Assembly (NCBI GenBank): GCA_965219455.1
Contig: OZ244744.1
Coordinates: 2,528,001 to 2,592,000 of the forward strand
DNA length: 64,000 nt
Reading direction: 5' to 3'
Source: Candidatus Latescibacterota bacterium
GTDB lineage: Bacteria > Latescibacterota > UBA2968 > GCA-2709665
Under the pieces are notes generated by a model. It made no database searches, was not told where the DNA came from, and saw nothing but the letters and a program-made list of their open reading frames with translations. Positions within the stretch are counted from its first letter, which is position 1. Every line of letters starts with the position of its first letter. The position numbers were made by a program, and so were the translations under genes. Below are positions 60,297 through 64,000 of the stretch, in pieces.

Positions 60297-61259
60297 ATGA
60301 CAGATCTGAAAGCGGCGGTTATCGGCTGCGGCGGCCACGCCCAGTCACACCTCAAGATGATTGCCGACGAGCCACGCCTTCAGCTGGCGGGCATCGCGGA
60401 ACTCGACGGGGAGCGTCTGCGAAAAAACAGGGCGGAATGGGCGCCGGACCTGGCCTCTACGGACTACCGGCAGATGCTCGACGCGTGCCGGCCGGATATG
60501 GTCTACGTCGTCACGGACCCCGGTCATCTGCTGCCCATCGTGCTCGATTGCCTGGAACGCGGTATTCACACGTCGGTGGAGAAGTCGCCCGGGATGAACA
60601 CCGATGAGACCGAGCAGATGGCGCGGGCCGCCCGGCAGAGCGCGGGCAAGGCGATCGTGTCGTTCAACCGTCGATACTATCCCCATGTGCTGGCCGTCCG
60701 GCGGCGTATCCAGGCGGGCGGGGGCGCGGTTCACGTCGCGGCTACGTACAACAAGCCGTTGACCCGGTTCAAGGACGCAACGCCGGATCCGGTGATCTGG
60801 GACGCCATCCACCACGTGGACCTGATCCGCTGGTTGGCGGGCCGCGGCGCCACGGAAGCGGCGATACCGGTTGAGGTGCGGGGAATGGTACAGGACGGCG
60901 AGCGCCCCGTATGCCATCGTCACAACGCCGTCATTCGCTTCGACACGGGCGCATTCGGCGTGCTGATGAGCCACTACGGCGTGGGCTATCGGATCCAGCG
61001 GGCTGAAGTGCACGCGGAGGACCTGTCGGTTTATCTCGATCTGACGAGAGCGCCGCGGGTGGAGGGATATGAGCGGGGCGAGGCGTTTTCGGTGGGGGAC
61101 GACGAAATCGAGGCCGTGGGCGGGGCCGGCTTCAACGAGATCGTCCACTTCGTCGACTGCATTCTGGAAGACCGCAAGCCATGGTCAACCCTGGACGACG
61201 CGGTGCAGACCATGCGCCTGTGCGAGGCCATCCGCGCCGGACACCAGGGGCCTCTGTAG
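60297..61259 (+). CDS. Gfo/Idh/MocA oxidoreductase
   Basis: IGCGGHA, VEKSP, DAIHHVD; RBS aaggag. Confidence 0.9.
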   Translation: MTDLKAAVIGCGGHAQSHLKMIADEPRLQLAGIAELDGERLRKNRAEWAPDLASTDYRQMLDACRPDMVYVVTDPGHLLPIVLDCLERGIHTSVEKSPGMNTDETEQMARAARQSAGKAIVSFNRRYYPHVLAVRRRIQAGGGAVHVAATYNKPLTRFKDATPDPVIWDAIHHVDLIRWLAGRGATEAAIPVEVRGMVQDGERPVCHRHNAVIRFDTGAFGVLMSHYGVGYRIQRAEVHAEDLSVYLDLTRAPRVEGYERGEAFSVGDDEIEAVGGAGFNEIVHFVDCILEDRKPWSTLDDAVQTMRLCEAIRAGHQGPL

Positions 61260-61341
61260 GGACACAGGTATCGTAAAGATTGGGATGAGGAGGTGAGTCA
61301 TCCACGATGGTCGGCTGCTGCTTCACGCCACGCAGTGCGCG

Positions 61342-63741
61342 TTACTCATACCTAAGCGCGTCCACGGGATTTGCCAGCGCGGCTTTCATGGACTGGACGC
61401 CCACGGTGAGCAGGGCAATCACGAGCGCAAGAATGCCGCATAGAATAAAGACTTCCGGTTCAGGATGGATCCGATAGGCGAAATTCTGCAGCCACCCGTT
61501 CATCACGTAGTAGGCCACCGGCCAGGCCAGCAGATTTGCGACCAGAACAAGCTTCGCGAATTCGGCCGAAAGCAGGAGTGCGAGGCGGGAGGCCGAACCG
61601 CCGAGGGCCTTGCGGATTCCGACCTCTTTGGTTCGCCGTGTAACGGAAAGAGACGCCAGCCCGAGAAGCCCCAGACAGGAAATCAGGATCGCGAACAGAA
61701 ACGTATATCCCGTGATTCTGAACCATCGATCTTCATTCCGGTACTGTCGGGCGAGATTATCTTCCAGGAAAGAATAATGAAAAGGCTCGTCCGACGCCAC
61801 ACTCTCCCACGTCTTCTGCAGAAAGGTGATCGTACCGGCAATGTCCTCGGGATGGATCCGGATAAGAACGAACGGCCCAGAAAAACCCGATCCAGTGTGC
61901 AGCACTAACGGTTTGATTCCCTGATGCATGGAATCGAAATGGAAATCCCTCACAACGCCGACGACGGTCGGTTTACCAAGTGCGATCAGTTTTTTCAGCG
62001 GCTTTCCGATGGGATCCTCCCATCCGAGCATTCCGGCCAGTTTCTCGTTCACAAGCGCGGTTACCCTCTGACCAGGCGCGGACGGCGATGATATATTCCG
62101 TCCTGCAACAAGCTGGATGTTAAGGGTCTCGAGAAAATCGGGATCAATCCGGATCACTCGAACCCCAAAGCGTTTTCCCTTTTCCGTTTCGATGCCTAAC
62201 GTGGCATCTCCGGTCGTAAACGCACGGTCGCTGACGGTTGCGCTGATTACTCGATGAGATCTAAGGACCTCTACTTTGTAAAGCTCACAATCGTCGTCCG
62301 AAACGGGAACAACCACTACTTGATCTCTGCGGTACCCCAAATCCTTTTTTCTCAGGTAGTTGAGCTGTTGAAACATTAAGGCTGCGCCGATCATCAGAGC
62401 TATCGACAGAGCGAATTGCACGACCACCAGCGCCCTCGAACCTGTGTTTCGCCTCCCAATCCGCGCGTGGCCCTTGAGCACGTCTACTGTCTGGAGCCGA
62501 GACAGTACCAAAGCCGGATAACTGCCTGCCGCCAGTCCAACAATGCACACCATACCCAAAAGCGCCAGCACTGTTCCCCAATCTTCCAGGTGTGGAATGC
62601 TCAAATTCTTGCGCGCAAGTTCATTGAAAACGGGCAGAAACATCTCCGCCAGAGCAATTCCCATCGCCAACGCAATAAGGCTCAAGAGTAACGCCTCGCT
62701 CCAGAACTGCCACATCAGTTGCCTCCGCTGTGCCCCCAGCACCCTTCGCATGCCCACCTCTGACGCCCGCCCGATCGACCGACCTGCCGCCAGGGTCACA
62801 TAGTTTATGCATGCGACTGAAAGTACAAGAATCGCGAGCCCGGAAAGCAGGTACGAATAGACAACTTTGCCGCTGGCTTCGTAACTATTCTTAATGCCGT
62901 CAGAATCCAAATAGACGTCACGTAGCGGCTGGAGGCGCAGCAAGAACCCGTCCTCAGTATTCCTTACGCGACCGCGCGATTTGAAATGTCTGATTCTATC
63001 TTTCAGGTGTTTTTCAGCAAAGGGAGGAAACGCCCTCTCCATCGCTTCCGCATCCTGTATTTCCACAAGTTCCACGTACACAGCAGTCTTTCCGCCGGTC
63101 CAATCCACGATGGCGGGATAATTCATGTGGTGCTCGACCGGTATCAGGAAACTGAAATTCAGGCTGGAGTTCTCGGGGACGTCCCGCATGACACCTGCAA
63201 CGGTAAATTCGTGATCTCCCAGCAACAGTGGTTTTTCCAGAGCTGCTGCATAATCGTCTCCAGGATTCCCGAATAGCTTACGAGCGACGGTCTCGCTGAT
63301 CACCACACCGTCCGGCCGCCGAAGTGCCGTCGCAGGGTCTCCAGCAAGGAGTGGGAATGAGAACATCTTCAGAAAGTCGGCGTCCACCAGGCCGAAGGAT
63401 TCTTGAAAGTAGATCTCCTGATACGAGACCTGCGTATGGGAGCGAATGAATCCGGTCGCCCTCACGAACCCCGGGAATTCCTCCTTCAGCGATGCTGCAA
63501 GAGACGCAGGGTGAAGAGTGGAAAATCCGACACTGCCGTCAGGCCTGGTTTCCCGCACGATCACCCGGAAGATTCGGTCGGCATTCTCGTGGAAGGCATC
63601 GTGTTGCCATTCGTGCCGGACGTACAGGAAGATCAGTATGCAACACGCAAGGCCGATCGCCAGTCCGAACACGTTAACAAACGCATACAGCTTCTGGCGG
63701 AGCACATTTCGCACGGCCACGATCAGGTAGTTCCGGAACAT
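61342..63741 (-). CDS. ABC transporter permease (MacB/FtsX duplicated type)
   Basis: MFRNYLIVAVRN, EVGMRRVLGA, EVGIRKALGG, ANPVDALRYE. Confidence 0.93.
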   Translation of the reverse strand: MFRNYLIVAVRNVLRQKLYAFVNVFGLAIGLACCILIFLYVRHEWQHDAFHENADRIFRVIVRETRPDGSVGFSTLHPASLAASLKEEFPGFVRATGFIRSHTQVSYQEIYFQESFGLVDADFLKMFSFPLLAGDPATALRRPDGVVISETVARKLFGNPGDDYAAALEKPLLLGDHEFTVAGVMRDVPENSSLNFSFLIPVEHHMNYPAIVDWTGGKTAVYVELVEIQDAEAMERAFPPFAEKHLKDRIRHFKSRGRVRNTEDGFLLRLQPLRDVYLDSDGIKNSYEASGKVVYSYLLSGLAILVLSVACINYVTLAAGRSIGRASEVGMRRVLGAQRRQLMWQFWSEALLLSLIALAMGIALAEMFLPVFNELARKNLSIPHLEDWGTVLALLGMVCIVGLAAGSYPALVLSRLQTVDVLKGHARIGRRNTGSRALVVVQFALSIALMIGAALMFQQLNYLRKKDLGYRRDQVVVVPVSDDDCELYKVEVLRSHRVISATVSDRAFTTGDATLGIETEKGKRFGVRVIRIDPDFLETLNIQLVAGRNISSPSAPGQRVTALVNEKLAGMLGWEDPIGKPLKKLIALGKPTVVGVVRDFHFDSMHQGIKPLVLHTGSGFSGPFVLIRIHPEDIAGTITFLQKTWESVASDEPFHYSFLEDNLARQYRNEDRWFRITGYTFLFAILISCLGLLGLASLSVTRRTKEVGIRKALGGSASRLALLLSAEFAKLVLVANLLAWPVAYYVMNGWLQNFAYRIHPEPEVFILCGILALVIALLTVGVQSMKAALANPVDALRYE

Positions 63742-64000
63742 CCGATTCTCTCAGTGGATTTGAAGAGTGAGGCGAACTTTCAACGGATGGATGGAATCGA
63801 ACTGGTTGCGACTATCACATTGGCTGGTATAGACCGCATAACGCACAGTCGGTTTGACGATTAACCCGGATTGGGGGTCCTACGGTAAGACTTCAACGTC
63901 AGATTCGTCCATATTGACTCACGCTGCTTGCATAAAGAAAGGCGCTGAAATCCCCCCACCGCATCAGCCTTCGCCGGCCCCTTCGACATTTCGACAAGCT

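Overview
Bacterial accessory and catabolic region, moderately GC-rich with lower-GC inserts. The gene mix (three PhyH dioxygenases, three Gfo/Idh/MocA oxidoreductases, ankyrin, LRR and Kelch proteins, dockerin-like EF-hand tags, dense REP/MITE repeats) resembles host-associated Latescibacterota/Poribacteria-like genomes; this taxonomy is inference only. Main content: a duplicated hicAB-uxuA segment; methyltransferase/GNAT genes; a GHL6-like glycoside hydrolase; a solitary attC-like site; several type II TA loci with broken toxins but intact antitoxins; a cobalamin-riboswitch-controlled btuF-btuB-btuG(dockerin-like)...btuD-btuC locus; an McrBC + KAP-NTPase defence island; an SDR-QueA-like-AirS/YhcY-like kinase-regulator module; two complete IS1380-family elements, both in TCTAG(T/A) sites with 6-bp duplications, plus a remnant of a third; a heparinase/Kelch/oxidoreductase/enolase-superfamily catabolic cluster; and an ABC permease. 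Many genes carry single in-frame stops, frameshifts or IS insertions, suggesting ongoing erosion. No rRNA, tRNA, CRISPR array, integrase or reverse transcriptase was seen.
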